Source: an uncultured Bacilli bacterium (GTDB taxonomy: Bacteria; Bacillota_I; Bacilli_A; RF39; UBA660). From it: a stretch of DNA of 64,000 nucleotides. A program made the translations under genes and the position numbers. The stretch covers positions 1,701 through 65,700 of the forward strand of contig CAJTZY010000003.1 in NCBI GenBank assembly GCA_910584085.1, given 5' to 3'. The stretch's first letter is position 1, and every line of letters starts with the position of its first letter. Shown here one piece after another: positions 46,841-56,590 of this stretch. Under the pieces are notes generated by a model, which had not been told where the DNA came from, did not search any database, and worked only from the letters and a program-made list of their open reading frames with translations.

Positions 46841-48307
46841 GTGATTCATTTGAATATAAAGTTTATATCTATTGATTTTCAAAAAGATTTTAGTAATCCT
46901 ATTGGGAAAAATTTTAATAGGGGAAAAAGCATTAATTTTATAAAAAATACTTTTATTCCATACTGTAGAGAAAATGGTATTGTCATTAATGAAATAATAC
47001 CCGATTATCGACATCCAAGACCAAATAAACTTGGGATAGAGTGTAGTTGTATTCCTGGAACTGCAGGATTTGAAAGTGAAATTCCTAGTGATATTAAAAA
47101 TCCTAACCAATGGATAAAATGCATGAATAATCCTATATGGACTAGAAAAAATGCTGGTATTACAAATAAACAAGCTGGTATTCCATATCAAGATCCAAAA
47201 GGATTTGATAAATGGTTAGAGGATACAATAGGTACTCCTAGTGAGGTTGATTTAGTTGTGCTATTAGGACTTACTATGGATTGCTGTGTCTTGTGCACTA
47301 GCCAAGAACTTAAATTTAGAGGATATAAAGTAAAAGTGTTATATGAAGCAACAGATCCCATGGAAAACGATGAACAGCACAAAGATTATCTATTAACACA
47401 TTCTCCAATGAATATATGGACTAATTACATTAGATTTAACGAATTAAAGGAATACCTTAAGTTTGAAAAAGATGTAACATTAAAACCAGATTTTATAAAA
47501 AAATATGGATATGATTTTCCAAAAGATACTGAAAAGGTATGGAAATTAGATTGTAAAGTAGAAGAATTAAATATAAATGAAATAACGTGGCATTTTGAAC
47601 TCCCTTTTTGGAATTATAATAATATCCCTTATTCTGTAAAACCCCTAGATGTAATTAATTTTAAGGATAAGTATATAGAACAATATAAAAGAATAGAAGC
47701 TGCTGACATAAGTTATCCAATTGATTTAATAGACGATAGAGCAAGAACTGGAAAATTACTTATTTTAGATGGTTTGCATAGATTAGCAAAATTATATATT
47801 AATGGACAATCTGTTGTCAAAGTTAGAATTATTCCAAGAAATAAAATACCATATATTTGTAAAGATAATACTTTGATTGATAATCTTAAGAATATTTTTG
47901 AAAGTAATAAAGATAAAAAAATTTGTGTAGTTGGTACAACTTGTACTGGTAAAACAACCCTAGTAAATATCTTTGAAAATACAGAGGATATGGATGAAAA
48001 AATTTTTCCATTATTAACAAAAGAGGAAACTGAATATGTATGTTCTACTCCATGGACTGAGGAAATTGGTAAGAAAATGGATGAACTTGTAAGAACTAGA
48101 TTATCTATTATACCAGGTGTGCCAATGTTTGGAACAGTATTATTAGACTGTGATTTAATTATATATCTACATATAAATGATGAACTATTATTAGAGAGAA
48201 CAAAACTTAGAAATGTAGATTTTACTAATGCGAAAAATATGCAAACTAATATTGAAAATGAAATAAAAAAATCAAATATATCAACTATTACGTTAGAAGT
48301 TGAATAA
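46841..48307 (+). CDS. three-domain fusion: isochorismatase-like cysteine hydrolase, ParB/Srx-like domain and P-loop kinase-like domain
   Basis: FISIDFQKDF and GLTMDCCVLCTSQE are the isochorismatase Asp/Cys motifs. LILDGLHRLAK is DGxHR ParB/Srx-like. VVGTTCTGKTTL is a Walker A motif. The start is uncertain (GTG 46841 or TTG 46850 after aggtga). Confidence 0.6.
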   Translation: MIHLNIKFISIDFQKDFSNPIGKNFNRGKSINFIKNTFIPYCRENGIVINEIIPDYRHPRPNKLGIECSCIPGTAGFESEIPSDIKNPNQWIKCMNNPIWTRKNAGITNKQAGIPYQDPKGFDKWLEDTIGTPSEVDLVVLLGLTMDCCVLCTSQELKFRGYKVKVLYEATDPMENDEQHKDYLLTHSPMNIWTNYIRFNELKEYLKFEKDVTLKPDFIKKYGYDFPKDTEKVWKLDCKVEELNINEITWHFELPFWNYNNIPYSVKPLDVINFKDKYIEQYKRIEAADISYPIDLIDDRARTGKLLILDGLHRLAKLYINGQSVVKVRIIPRNKIPYICKDNTLIDNLKNIFESNKDKKICVVGTTCTGKTTLVNIFENTEDMDEKIFPLLTKEETEYVCSTPWTEEIGKKMDELVRTRLSIIPGVPMFGTVLLDCDLIIYLHINDELLLERTKLRNVDFTNAKNMQTNIENEIKKSNISTITLEVE

Positions 48308-48353
48308 ATGAAACGCATAGTAAAAATTAATGTATAAGATAATTGGTGATAAA

Positions 48354-49157
48354 ATGAGCTACGATTTATTAAATGAAATGATAAAATATATTGAAGAAAA
48401 TTTAGATCAAGAGATTGAATATAAAAAATTATGTAAAATAGTTGGAATATCAGAGTACTCATTACAAAGAATATTTATTTTTTTAACAGGAATATCTATA
48501 TCGGAATATATAAGAAAAAGAAGATTAAGCAAAGCATATGAGGAATTAAAAACGACTGATATAAAAATAATAGACTTAGCTATTAAATATAATTATGATT
48601 CATCAATTTCTTTTGCTAGAGCATTTAAAAAATACTTTAATATTACTCCAACAGAATGTAGAGAAAGTAAAGGAGAGTATAAATTATTTCCAATCATAAA
48701 CTTTAGTAATAATAATATATTGGTTGAACTTAATTATGAAATTAAGAATATAGATGATAAGGTTTTATACTGTTTTGGGGTAAGTGCAGTAGAGTATCAA
48801 GATTTATTATATAAAATTAGAGAATTATATAATACACTTCATAGTAATGGTTTGTATGAAAAAATGAGTAATAATGGATTATATGGAATATGTATAGATG
48901 ACGAGAACTCGTATAACTATTATGTTGGAAGTGATATTAATTTTAAAGGTACTAAAAAAATAACTATACCAAATGGTAAGTATGCAATATTTAATGTTGG
49001 AACTGACGAACAAAAAGATATTGTAAATACATATAATTTAATATGCAATGAATGGCTTAAATCAACTAATTATAAAATTTTAGATAAACCAGAAATTGAA
49101 TTATATGATGATAATAATTGTTATATTTATATACCTATAAAGGATAAACAAAACTGA
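48354..49157 (+). CDS. AraC-family regulator with GyrI-like effector-binding domain
   Basis: The HTH segments are LCKIVGISEYSLQRIF and ISEYIRKRRLSKAYEEL. A GyrI-like C-terminal half follows. Confidence 0.8.
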   Translation: MSYDLLNEMIKYIEENLDQEIEYKKLCKIVGISEYSLQRIFIFLTGISISEYIRKRRLSKAYEELKTTDIKIIDLAIKYNYDSSISFARAFKKYFNITPTECRESKGEYKLFPIINFSNNNILVELNYEIKNIDDKVLYCFGVSAVEYQDLLYKIRELYNTLHSNGLYEKMSNNGLYGICIDDENSYNYYVGSDINFKGTKKITIPNGKYAIFNVGTDEQKDIVNTYNLICNEWLKSTNYKILDKPEIELYDDNNCYIYIPIKDKQN

Positions 49158-49180
49158 TACCAGAAATGTTTATCCTTTTA
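49142..49180 (+). terminator. Rho-independent terminator overlapping the stop codon
   Basis: A 9-bp stem pairs ggataaaca with tgtttatcc. It is followed by tttta. Confidence 0.65.
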
Positions 49181-49219
49181 TATTTATCTATTTTATAATT
49201 TTACATAGAGGTGGGCAAA

Positions 49220-49777
49220 ATGGAATTAAGTGAAGTTATAAAGAAAAGGAGAAGTATAAGAAAATTTAAAAATGAAAAACTGGGAAAGAGTGTAGTCGAA
49301 GATATATTAAATTTTGGAAGGCTTGCTCCATCAGCGAAAAATAAACAACCTTGGTATTTTGTTGTTTTAGAAGATGACATAAAAAATAAAGTTGCAGATT
49401 TAATGATAGAAAATTATAAAAGGGGAAAAGAGAAAGAAAAAATTGGATTTAATAGCAGTGTACTACAAACTGCAAAGGTAATATTCGAAGCACCTATTCT
49501 AGTTATTATATTTAGAAAAAAAGACGATAATTGGATAATTGGAGATAATTTATCAATCGGTGCCTGTGTAGAAAATATTTGCTTAAGAGCAACTGATTTG
49601 GGAATTGGAAGTTTATGGATAAGAGATATAAGATATGTTTCTAGTGAGGTATCAAAAATGTTAAATCATGAAGATTTAGAATTAAATTGTGCAGTTTGTT
49701 TGGGTATACCAAATGAATCGCCTAAACAAAGATTAAGAAAAAATTTGAAAGATATAATGGAGTGGAGAAATTTATGA
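49220..49777 (+). CDS. nitroreductase-family protein
   Basis: IKKRRSIRKF and APSAKNKQPW. SD gaggtg precedes ATG 49220. Confidence 0.8.
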   Translation: MELSEVIKKRRSIRKFKNEKLGKSVVEDILNFGRLAPSAKNKQPWYFVVLEDDIKNKVADLMIENYKRGKEKEKIGFNSSVLQTAKVIFEAPILVIIFRKKDDNWIIGDNLSIGACVENICLRATDLGIGSLWIRDIRYVSSEVSKMLNHEDLELNCAVCLGIPNESPKQRLRKNLKDIMEWRNL

Positions 49778-50652
49778 AAAATAAAAAAATATTTAACTTT
49801 TATAGACAAACAAGTTTATATACTGATTTAGGATTATATAAAGATTTTACTAAGCAATTAACTGATGATATAAATGAGCTTTGCATATTACAAAGAATGC
49901 AGATAATTCATCCTGTATCTGTAAACCAAGAAGATATTATAATTCAAAAAAATAAAAATACTAATCTTTATGTTACTAGATTAAAATATGAAGATGACTT
50001 ATTTCCTACTGCAATAAGTATGATTAGTGAGTTATTAAGAAAAGATAAAAATTATAGTGTAAATAGAAAGCAAGAAGATATGATACATGTTACTTGTAGG
50101 GGACAAGCAATATTACTTGCTAGTATTTTAAAAGCAAAAGGCTATTCCGCAAGAGTTAGAAGTGGATTTGCTACTTATATAAAAAATGATGGTGTAAATT
50201 ATGATCACTGGATTACAGAATACTATGATGAAGGGAAAGATAGATGGGTATTAGTAGATGCAGATCTTCATTGTAGTGATTGTGACTTTGATTTAAATGA
50301 TATTCCAAGGCAAAAATTTATATTTGGTGCAGAGGCATATCTAGGGATGAGAAATAATAAATATAAAAATGAAGAAATATACTATGATTCCGACCCAGCT
50401 ACATTAGGTTTAAAAGCTACTTTAAGAGGGTTATTTTATGATTTTCATTCATTAATGAATGATGAAATAATATTTTTACATTTACCAAAATATATTCAAG
50501 ATAAAAATTTAAATCTTTCAGAGGAGGAATATGTTGAGTTAGATAAATTAGCAAATTTATTATTAAACCCAGATGAAAATTTTGATGAATTATTAAAAAT
50601 ATGGAATAGTGAATCAAAGTATAGAATTATGTCTGGGGCACTTAATAGTTAA
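49774..50652 (+). CDS. transglutaminase-like cysteine-protease-fold protein
   Basis: CRGQAILLASILKAKGYSARV, DHWITEYY and VLVDAD supply a Cys-His-Asp triad. ATGA overlap with the nitroreductase stop. Confidence 0.7.
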   Translation: MKNKKIFNFYRQTSLYTDLGLYKDFTKQLTDDINELCILQRMQIIHPVSVNQEDIIIQKNKNTNLYVTRLKYEDDLFPTAISMISELLRKDKNYSVNRKQEDMIHVTCRGQAILLASILKAKGYSARVRSGFATYIKNDGVNYDHWITEYYDEGKDRWVLVDADLHCSDCDFDLNDIPRQKFIFGAEAYLGMRNNKYKNEEIYYDSDPATLGLKATLRGLFYDFHSLMNDEIIFLHLPKYIQDKNLNLSEEEYVELDKLANLLLNPDENFDELLKIWNSESKYRIMSGALNS

Positions 50653-50657
50653 AAAAA

Positions 50658-50690
50658 CAGTGATTTTAATAAAAAATTCACTGCTTTTTC
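50658..50690. terminator. hairpin with T-run between convergent genes
   Basis: A 6-bp stem pairs cagtga with tcactg. It is followed by cTTTTT. Confidence 0.5.
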
Positions 50691-50775
50691 TTTAATTAAA
50701 TTATTATTAAAACAAAATATTATATAGCTAAAATCAAATTAAATATTTAAATGAGTTTGTGATAATTTTCATATA

Positions 50776-51495
50776 CTATATTTTTTTCTTTAACTCTAAT
50801 AATTTATTTATAGTCATAGTAGGGCAATATTCTTTAGGAGTGGGAATATTGTTAGGATTAAGCCAACAAGTATCAATTCCATTGTTCATTCCTCCTAGAA
50901 TATCAGTTGTTAATGAATCCCCTATTAATAGCATTTTCTTTTTATCCTTATTTTGTGTTTTATCGTATAAAAAATCAAAAAATTCTTTCATAGGTTTTGA
51001 AAATCCAACTTCTTCTGAACAAACAATTGAAGATATATATTCTTTTAATTTTGCTTTTTCCAATTTATTGATTGCAGCTTTTTTAGGACCATTTGTTGCT
51101 ATTAAAATTTCATAATTAGGATTTAGTTCTTCTAATAATTTGGCAGCACCTTCAATTTCTACTATATTAACTCCAAGCATACTACAATATAATTCATTAA
51201 GTGAAATTGCAGCATTAAAATCTAAATTTAGCTTTTTAAAGAAAATAATGAATCTATTTGCTCTTAAATATGTTATTTTTTCTTCAAGTGTTTTTATTGA
51301 ATTTGGAATAACCATTTTCCCACTTTCCCAAGTATGCCAATAAGCTGTATCAAACTTTTTCCATTCTAAAAACAAATCATCACTGTATTTTATTCCTAAA
51401 CTATTAATCATAATATCAAATGCATATTTAATAGATTGATTATTGTCTATTAAAGTATCATCTAAATCAAAAATAAGTGTTTCATACTTTTTCAT
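50776..51495 (-). CDS. HAD-superfamily hydrolase (YjjG-like nucleotidase subfamily)
   Basis: LIFDLDDTLID and LLIGDSLTTDILGG. Confidence 0.8.
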   Translation of the reverse strand: MKKYETLIFDLDDTLIDNNQSIKYAFDIMINSLGIKYSDDLFLEWKKFDTAYWHTWESGKMVIPNSIKTLEEKITYLRANRFIIFFKKLNLDFNAAISLNELYCSMLGVNIVEIEGAAKLLEELNPNYEILIATNGPKKAAINKLEKAKLKEYISSIVCSEEVGFSKPMKEFFDFLYDKTQNKDKKKMLLIGDSLTTDILGGMNNGIDTCWLNPNNIPTPKEYCPTMTINKLLELKKKI

Positions 51496-51666
51496 AAAAC
51501 CTCAACTCCAATAGCATTTATTATATCAAATTTAACTTTTTGTTTCAATAGTATAATATAGAAATCCAATTATATATATGACTTTTTGAAAATATAATAT
51601 TAATAGTACATTATAGACGTGTTAAAATGTAATTTTTATGATAAAATTATTTTAGGAAGTGAGATT

Positions 51667-52455
51667 ATGCAGTCGATAGAGAAAACTTTAAAATATTTTG
51701 AATTACTAATGAGTTATGAAGATACATCAGTATTTTTAAATTATGATTTACCTAATGGCTATCACTATGAATTTTATAAAAATGGTGACGAGCATGATTG
51801 GGTAAATATTCATATATCAAGTGGTGAATTTACAAATTTTGATAGGGGACTTCACTATTTTCACCAATTTTACGATAGTTTTATAAATGATTTACACAGA
51901 AGATGTATTTTTATTGTAAATGAGAATGGTGAAAAGGTTGGAACTGCTACTATATCTTTATTAAATAATATTGAGGATGGATATGATGCTGCAGTAGATT
52001 GGGTTGCTATAAAAAAAGAATATCAAGGACATGGATTATCTAAACCACTTATATCTAGATTCATACAGCTTGCTAATGAACTGGGACATAATAAACTTAT
52101 TTTGCACACTCAAACTCATACTTGGTTAGCAGCAAAATTATATTTAGATTTAGGATTCACACCATATAAAGTAAAAGAAAATTACGAAGGCTGGCAGATT
52201 CTAAAAACAATCACTAATCATCCTAAGTTAGACTTTATTAGCCCTATACCAATTAAAGATATTTACTGGGATACAGCTATTTTAATTTTTAAGGAACTAA
52301 AAAATATGCATGGTAATAATTTTAATTATGAAATATGGTATAAAGATGGAAAAAATGATGTTTATGTATATGATTTTAAAAATTACTATGAATACAAGTA
52401 TTTTATAAAAGAAGATGGAATAGCATTAGAAAAAGTAGAACATAAAAAGTTATAA
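51667..52455 (+). CDS. GNAT-family N-acetyltransferase
   Basis: VDWVAIKKEYQGHGLSKPLISRFIQLA (Q/RxxGxG/A motif). Confidence 0.7.
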   Translation: MQSIEKTLKYFELLMSYEDTSVFLNYDLPNGYHYEFYKNGDEHDWVNIHISSGEFTNFDRGLHYFHQFYDSFINDLHRRCIFIVNENGEKVGTATISLLNNIEDGYDAAVDWVAIKKEYQGHGLSKPLISRFIQLANELGHNKLILHTQTHTWLAAKLYLDLGFTPYKVKENYEGWQILKTITNHPKLDFISPIPIKDIYWDTAILIFKELKNMHGNNFNYEIWYKDGKNDVYVYDFKNYYEYKYFIKEDGIALEKVEHKKL

Positions 52456-52511
52456 TGATAATAAAAATTAATAGCTGTATAGGAATTTATGGGTGTTTAT
52501 AGTATAATTAT
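52451..52511 (+). repeat. copy A of a ~60-nt intergenic promoter-like repeat
   Basis: It shares ttata(a)tgataa...aaaaatYaatagNNgtataggaatttat-N7-tatagtataatt with 61338-61404. Confidence 0.6.
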
Positions 52512-52544
52512 ATCAATAGGAATGTTTGCGAAAGAGAATTCATA

Positions 52545-52679
52545 ATGAATATAAAAATTAATAGAGTAAAAATATTTGTAACAATACCAAGTGAAATTGC
52601 AAAACTAGTTACATTTTTAGTAAGTGATGATTCAGATTTTATAAATGATAAAGTTATAAAAATTGATGGTGGATATTAA
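52545..52679 (+). pseudogene. chimeric remnant: the first 15 codons of a YqfO-C-terminal/Nif3-insert-like gene fused to the last ~29 codons of an SDR
   Basis: MNIKINRVKIFVTIP is followed by SEIAKLVTFLVSDDSDFINDKVIKIDGGY*. The latter is a classical SDR C-terminus (P.EIA..V.FL.SD...I....I.IDGG). Confidence 0.55.
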
Positions 52680-52698
52680 GAAAAGGAGATATTAAATT

Positions 52699-53370
52699 AT
52701 GAAAATAACAAAATATAATCAATCATGTTTATTAGTTGAAACAAATAATAAAAGAATTTTAGTGGATCCAGGAAATATTGGATATACTGAAAAATTGTTA
52801 AATGAATGGAGGGGTATTAACTACATTTTAGTTACTCACAGGCATGGAGATCATTGTAATGCAAATGTAATTAATGCTATTATTAAAAGAGATAATTCTA
52901 AATTATATACTACTAAAGAAGTAAGTGATAATATTGAATTATTAAATGTAACTATAGTTAAAGCTGATGATATTATTGATTTAGGTAACATAAAGATCGA
53001 AGTTACAAAAGCTATACATGGATTTTTCACTAAAATGAAATATGGGAACGGAGAAATATTTGAAAATGTTGGATATATAATAGATGATGGGAAAAATAGA
53101 TTATATATAACAAGTGATACAATTAATTTCAACCATAATTATAAATGTGATATTTTATGTATGCCATTTAATGGTAATGGCTTAACATTAGGAATAGTAG
53201 ATGGAGTTATGTTTGCAAAAGATATTAATCCTAAAATAGTTTTGCCAATTCATACAGAACATCCATTACCGTTTATGAATCCAAATATAGATGAATTAAA
53301 AAAACAATTAGAAGAAAATGAATTAAATTACAAAATTTTAGATATTAAAGAATCAATTATTTTTGATTAA
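52699..53370 (+). CDS. MBL-fold metallo-hydrolase
   Basis: VTHRHGDHCN (HxHxDH). Confidence 0.8.
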   Translation: MKITKYNQSCLLVETNNKRILVDPGNIGYTEKLLNEWRGINYILVTHRHGDHCNANVINAIIKRDNSKLYTTKEVSDNIELLNVTIVKADDIIDLGNIKIEVTKAIHGFFTKMKYGNGEIFENVGYIIDDGKNRLYITSDTINFNHNYKCDILCMPFNGNGLTLGIVDGVMFAKDINPKIVLPIHTEHPLPFMNPNIDELKKQLEENELNYKILDIKESIIFD

Positions 53371-53565
53371 ATATAAATAAATGATAAGATGACAGTTGTT
53401 TGAGATACCATTATTATTATTGTTATCTTGTATAAAAAGGGGGCTGAATAAATTTCAACTACCATAATTTTAAATTTTATAAATACTAAATAAATGAATT
53501 ATTTTAAAATGTATTAAAATAAAGGTAAAAGTATTTAAATAAACTTTGAGGTGCATGAACTCTAA

Positions 53566-53868
53566 TTGTCCCTAGAAAGTGTTGAAAAGGTTAGAAATGC
53601 AATATGTGAAGTAGGGGCAGGAATAATTGGAGATTATACTTACTGTACTACATCAACAAAATCAATAGGTACTTTCAAGCTAAATGATAATGCTAATCTA
53701 TACATTGGTGAAAATAATAAGTTAGAGTTTGTAGAAGAAGAAAAATTAGAATTTGTATGCGATATAGACAAATTTAAAACAGTAATATCTAAATTAAGAG
53801 AAGTACATCCTTATGAAAAACCAGCTATAGATATTGTTCCATTATTGGATAAATACTTATTTGATTAA
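53566..53868 (+). pseudogene. 3' portion of the split YqfO-C-terminal/Nif3-insert-like gene
   Basis: LESVEKVRNAICEVGAGIIGDYTYC...REVHPYEKPAIDIVPL continues the family pattern exactly where the 52545 fragment stops. An in-frame TAA lies at 53563. The only start is a TTG, and it has no SD. Confidence 0.55.
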
Positions 53869-53902
53869 ACAACTATTAATTAAATTACTTAGGAGGAATT
53901 GT

Positions 53903-55039
53903 ATGAATTCAAAAATATATTTAGATAATAATGCCACTACTAAATGTGATGAAGAGGTATTAAATGTAATGTTACCTTATTTGAGTGATAAATATGGTAA
54001 TCCTAGCAGTACATATTCTTTTGGTAGGGATGTAAAAAATGAAATTACAAAAGCAAGAGAGAATGTGGCTAAATTATTAAATGCAAGTGAAGATGAGATT
54101 ATATTTACAAGTTGTGCCAGTGAGAGTAATGTAACTGCAATAATGAGTGCTATTAAAAATTATCCTAAAAAGAGGCATATAATTACAACAAAGGTAGAAC
54201 ATGCTTCTATTATTGAGACAATGAAATATTTAGAAAGTATAGGCTATGACGTTACTTATTTATCAGTTGATAAATTTGGTAAAATAAATTTACAAGAATT
54301 AGAAAATTCTATAACTGAAAGTACTTGCTTAATTGCCATCATGATGGCTAACAATGAAATTGGTAATATATATCCAATAAAAGAAATAGGACAAATAGCA
54401 AAGAAGCATAATATTTTATTTCATTCAGATTCAGTTCAAGCAATTGGCAAAGTAAAAATAGACGTTAAAGAATTAAATATTGATACATTATCTCTATCAG
54501 GTCATAAAATTAATGCGCCAAAGGGGATTGGTGTTTTATATGTTAAAAATGGAATACCTTTTACCCCATTAATATTCGGTCATCAAGAAAGAAATAGACG
54601 TGGTGGGACTGAAAATGTTGCTTACATTGTGGGTCTTGGAAAGGCTATAGAACTAATACTAAATGATAATTATAAATCCAACAATCAACTAAAAGAATTA
54701 AGAGATTATATGGAAATGGAAATCAAAAAGAATATCAATGATGTTGTAATATATGGGGATTTAGAAAATAGATTACCTAATACATCGAGTATAGCATTCA
54801 AAGGCGTAAAGGCAGAAGAATTATTATTAATGTTAGAATCATTTAATATATTCGTTTCAACAGGTTCCGCTTGTAATTCAGAAATTGCGGAACCATCCCA
54901 TGTTTTAACTGCTTGTAATGCTGATTTAGATAATTATAGCCCAATAAGAGTAAGTTTAGGAAAATATAATACAAAAGATGAAATTGATATCTTTGTAAAA
55001 AGACTATATAATACAGTTAATATGCTAAGGAGGAAATAA
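53903..55039 (+). CDS. nifS: cysteine desulfurase (NifS/IscS class)
   Basis: YLDNNATT, SLSGHKINAPKGIGVLY (PLP Lys) and GSACNS (active-site Cys loop). SD aggagg precedes ATG 53903. Confidence 0.85.
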   Translation: MNSKIYLDNNATTKCDEEVLNVMLPYLSDKYGNPSSTYSFGRDVKNEITKARENVAKLLNASEDEIIFTSCASESNVTAIMSAIKNYPKKRHIITTKVEHASIIETMKYLESIGYDVTYLSVDKFGKINLQELENSITESTCLIAIMMANNEIGNIYPIKEIGQIAKKHNILFHSDSVQAIGKVKIDVKELNIDTLSLSGHKINAPKGIGVLYVKNGIPFTPLIFGHQERNRRGGTENVAYIVGLGKAIELILNDNYKSNNQLKELRDYMEMEIKKNINDVVIYGDLENRLPNTSSIAFKGVKAEELLLMLESFNIFVSTGSACNSEIAEPSHVLTACNADLDNYSPIRVSLGKYNTKDEIDIFVKRLYNTVNMLRRK

Positions 55040-55041
55040 TT

Positions 55042-55932
55042 ATGCAAGATAAATTTAGACAACCAGATTTATTTTTGGTAATGAATGAAGAAGAAATGGA
55101 AAGTGCATTAACATATGCAGAGGATTTAATAGGAGAAAATGAAAAAAATGTAGAGATGTATTTAAATTTTTCCATTGATGATGATATTGGACAATATAAA
55201 TTATATATAAATAATGTAGATGTTAGGGAATATATATTAGATGAAAATAATAATTACAGATTTGAATTCCCAATGATTCCATATTATTGTTTAATATTTT
55301 TTGAAAATGATGGAAAAAGAGATTGTATATCTTTAGCAATACCTATATCTGTATGGCCTGAAGCTTATGATATAGAGTATATTAAATCTTTTTTTATAAA
55401 ACACAATTTTAAAATAAAAGATTATATTCATAAATTCTTTTTGAATGAAGAATTTTTATCTACAATTAAACCAGAATCTGAGCAAGCCAAGATTAAACAA
55501 ATAGATTCGCCATGGACAATAAGGGATAAAGATACACTTAGAGAATCAATGATACCAGGTAATGAGTCTAGTGCAATTGCTAATCTAGAAGATGTATATA
55601 AAATATTATTAATTAAAAATTTCAATATGACATTAGATTTTAATGCAACGGCTGTTATCTCAACTAGATATGATACCACTAAAATAGATTATTCAACTTT
55701 CCATTTTCAAAATGCAATTATTATATATACAAAAGATGGTAAAAAAACTCCAATATATATAGGTAATGAGGTTAGTTATGAAGAAATTATAAGCATATTA
55801 AAAGAAAATAATCTATCAAATTTTGTTAGTAATAAGGATTTGAATGATTTTTCAAAGGATATGGCAGAGTTAATAGTTGAAGTAATGCCTTTTGCACGTT
55901 TTCAAAAAAAGCCGGTAAATAAGTTAATGTAA
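55042..55932 (+). CDS. hypothetical protein
   Basis: It starts 2 nt after the nifS stop. No family recognised. Confidence 0.5.
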   Translation: MQDKFRQPDLFLVMNEEEMESALTYAEDLIGENEKNVEMYLNFSIDDDIGQYKLYINNVDVREYILDENNNYRFEFPMIPYYCLIFFENDGKRDCISLAIPISVWPEAYDIEYIKSFFIKHNFKIKDYIHKFFLNEEFLSTIKPESEQAKIKQIDSPWTIRDKDTLRESMIPGNESSAIANLEDVYKILLIKNFNMTLDFNATAVISTRYDTTKIDYSTFHFQNAIIIYTKDGKKTPIYIGNEVSYEEIISILKENNLSNFVSNKDLNDFSKDMAELIVEVMPFARFQKKPVNKLM

Positions 55933-55958
55933 AAATATATAGAGAGGATGTATAAAAT

Positions 55959-56567
55959 ATGGCAGTATTAGTTAATTTTAAAATTTGTGATAATGCAAAA
56001 GAATGTAGTGGGGTAGCTGTTTGTCCAACAGGAGCATTATCTTGGAATGAAGAAGAAGAAACAATTGAGATTGATAATGATAAATGTATTTCTTGTGGAT
56101 TATGTGAAAAGGAATGTCCAATTGGAGCTTTTACAGTTGTTAAAAATGAAGAAGAATATAATAAAATAAAAAAAGAGATAGATGAAGATCCTAGAACTAC
56201 AAAAGATTTATTTGTTGATAGATATGGAGCAGTAGCTATATCAGATTTTTTCAAAATTAAACTAGAGGAAATAAAAGAAAAAGCTAAAAAAGATTGTTTA
56301 ACATTAATAGAAATATATAATCCAGATGCTGCAGAATGTTTATTAAAATCAATTCCTATAAAAGAATTAACATATGAACTACCAAAAGACACTTTATTTT
56401 ATAAGGTTGAAAGTAGTGAAAATGTTGATGAGTATAAGATTGAAGAACTACCATCATTACTAGTATTTAAAAATGGTCAGTTACTTGGACACATAGATGG
56501 TTATTATACTGTAGATGATAAAAGAATAGTTCTATCTAAACTAGATGATATTTTAAAAAATAGTTAA
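55959..56567 (+). CDS. 4Fe-4S ferredoxin domain fused to a thioredoxin-fold domain lacking CxxC
   Basis: CSGVAVCPTGA and CISCGLCEKECP. The C-terminal thioredoxin-like segment is LPSLLVFKNGQLLGHIDG, with no CxxC. Confidence 0.6.
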   Translation: MAVLVNFKICDNAKECSGVAVCPTGALSWNEEEETIEIDNDKCISCGLCEKECPIGAFTVVKNEEEYNKIKKEIDEDPRTTKDLFVDRYGAVAISDFFKIKLEEIKEKAKKDCLTLIEIYNPDAAECLLKSIPIKELTYELPKDTLFYKVESSENVDEYKIEELPSLLVFKNGQLLGHIDGYYTVDDKRIVLSKLDDILKNS

Positions 56568-56590
56568 TTTAGGAAAAGAGGTTAATTATA

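Noticed and set aside
47713-48462. 249-aa minus-strand ORF, plus similar antisense ORFs at 1203..1592, 3335..3520, 4823..5137, 9979..10479, 36980..37306, 39299..39649, 43106..43615, 46826..47191, 55826..56392 and 59200..59538
   Set aside because: All lie antisense to well-supported + strand genes with recognisable domains. Their products are low-complexity Ile/Leu/Ser/Phe-rich sequences, typical of shadow ORFs in AT-rich DNA. No SD motifs were seen.
50759-51343. + strand ORFs 50759..51115 and 51140..51343
   Set aside because: They are shadow ORFs opposite the HAD hydrolase gene (50776..51495, minus strand). That gene has the clear DxDDT and GDS..D motifs.
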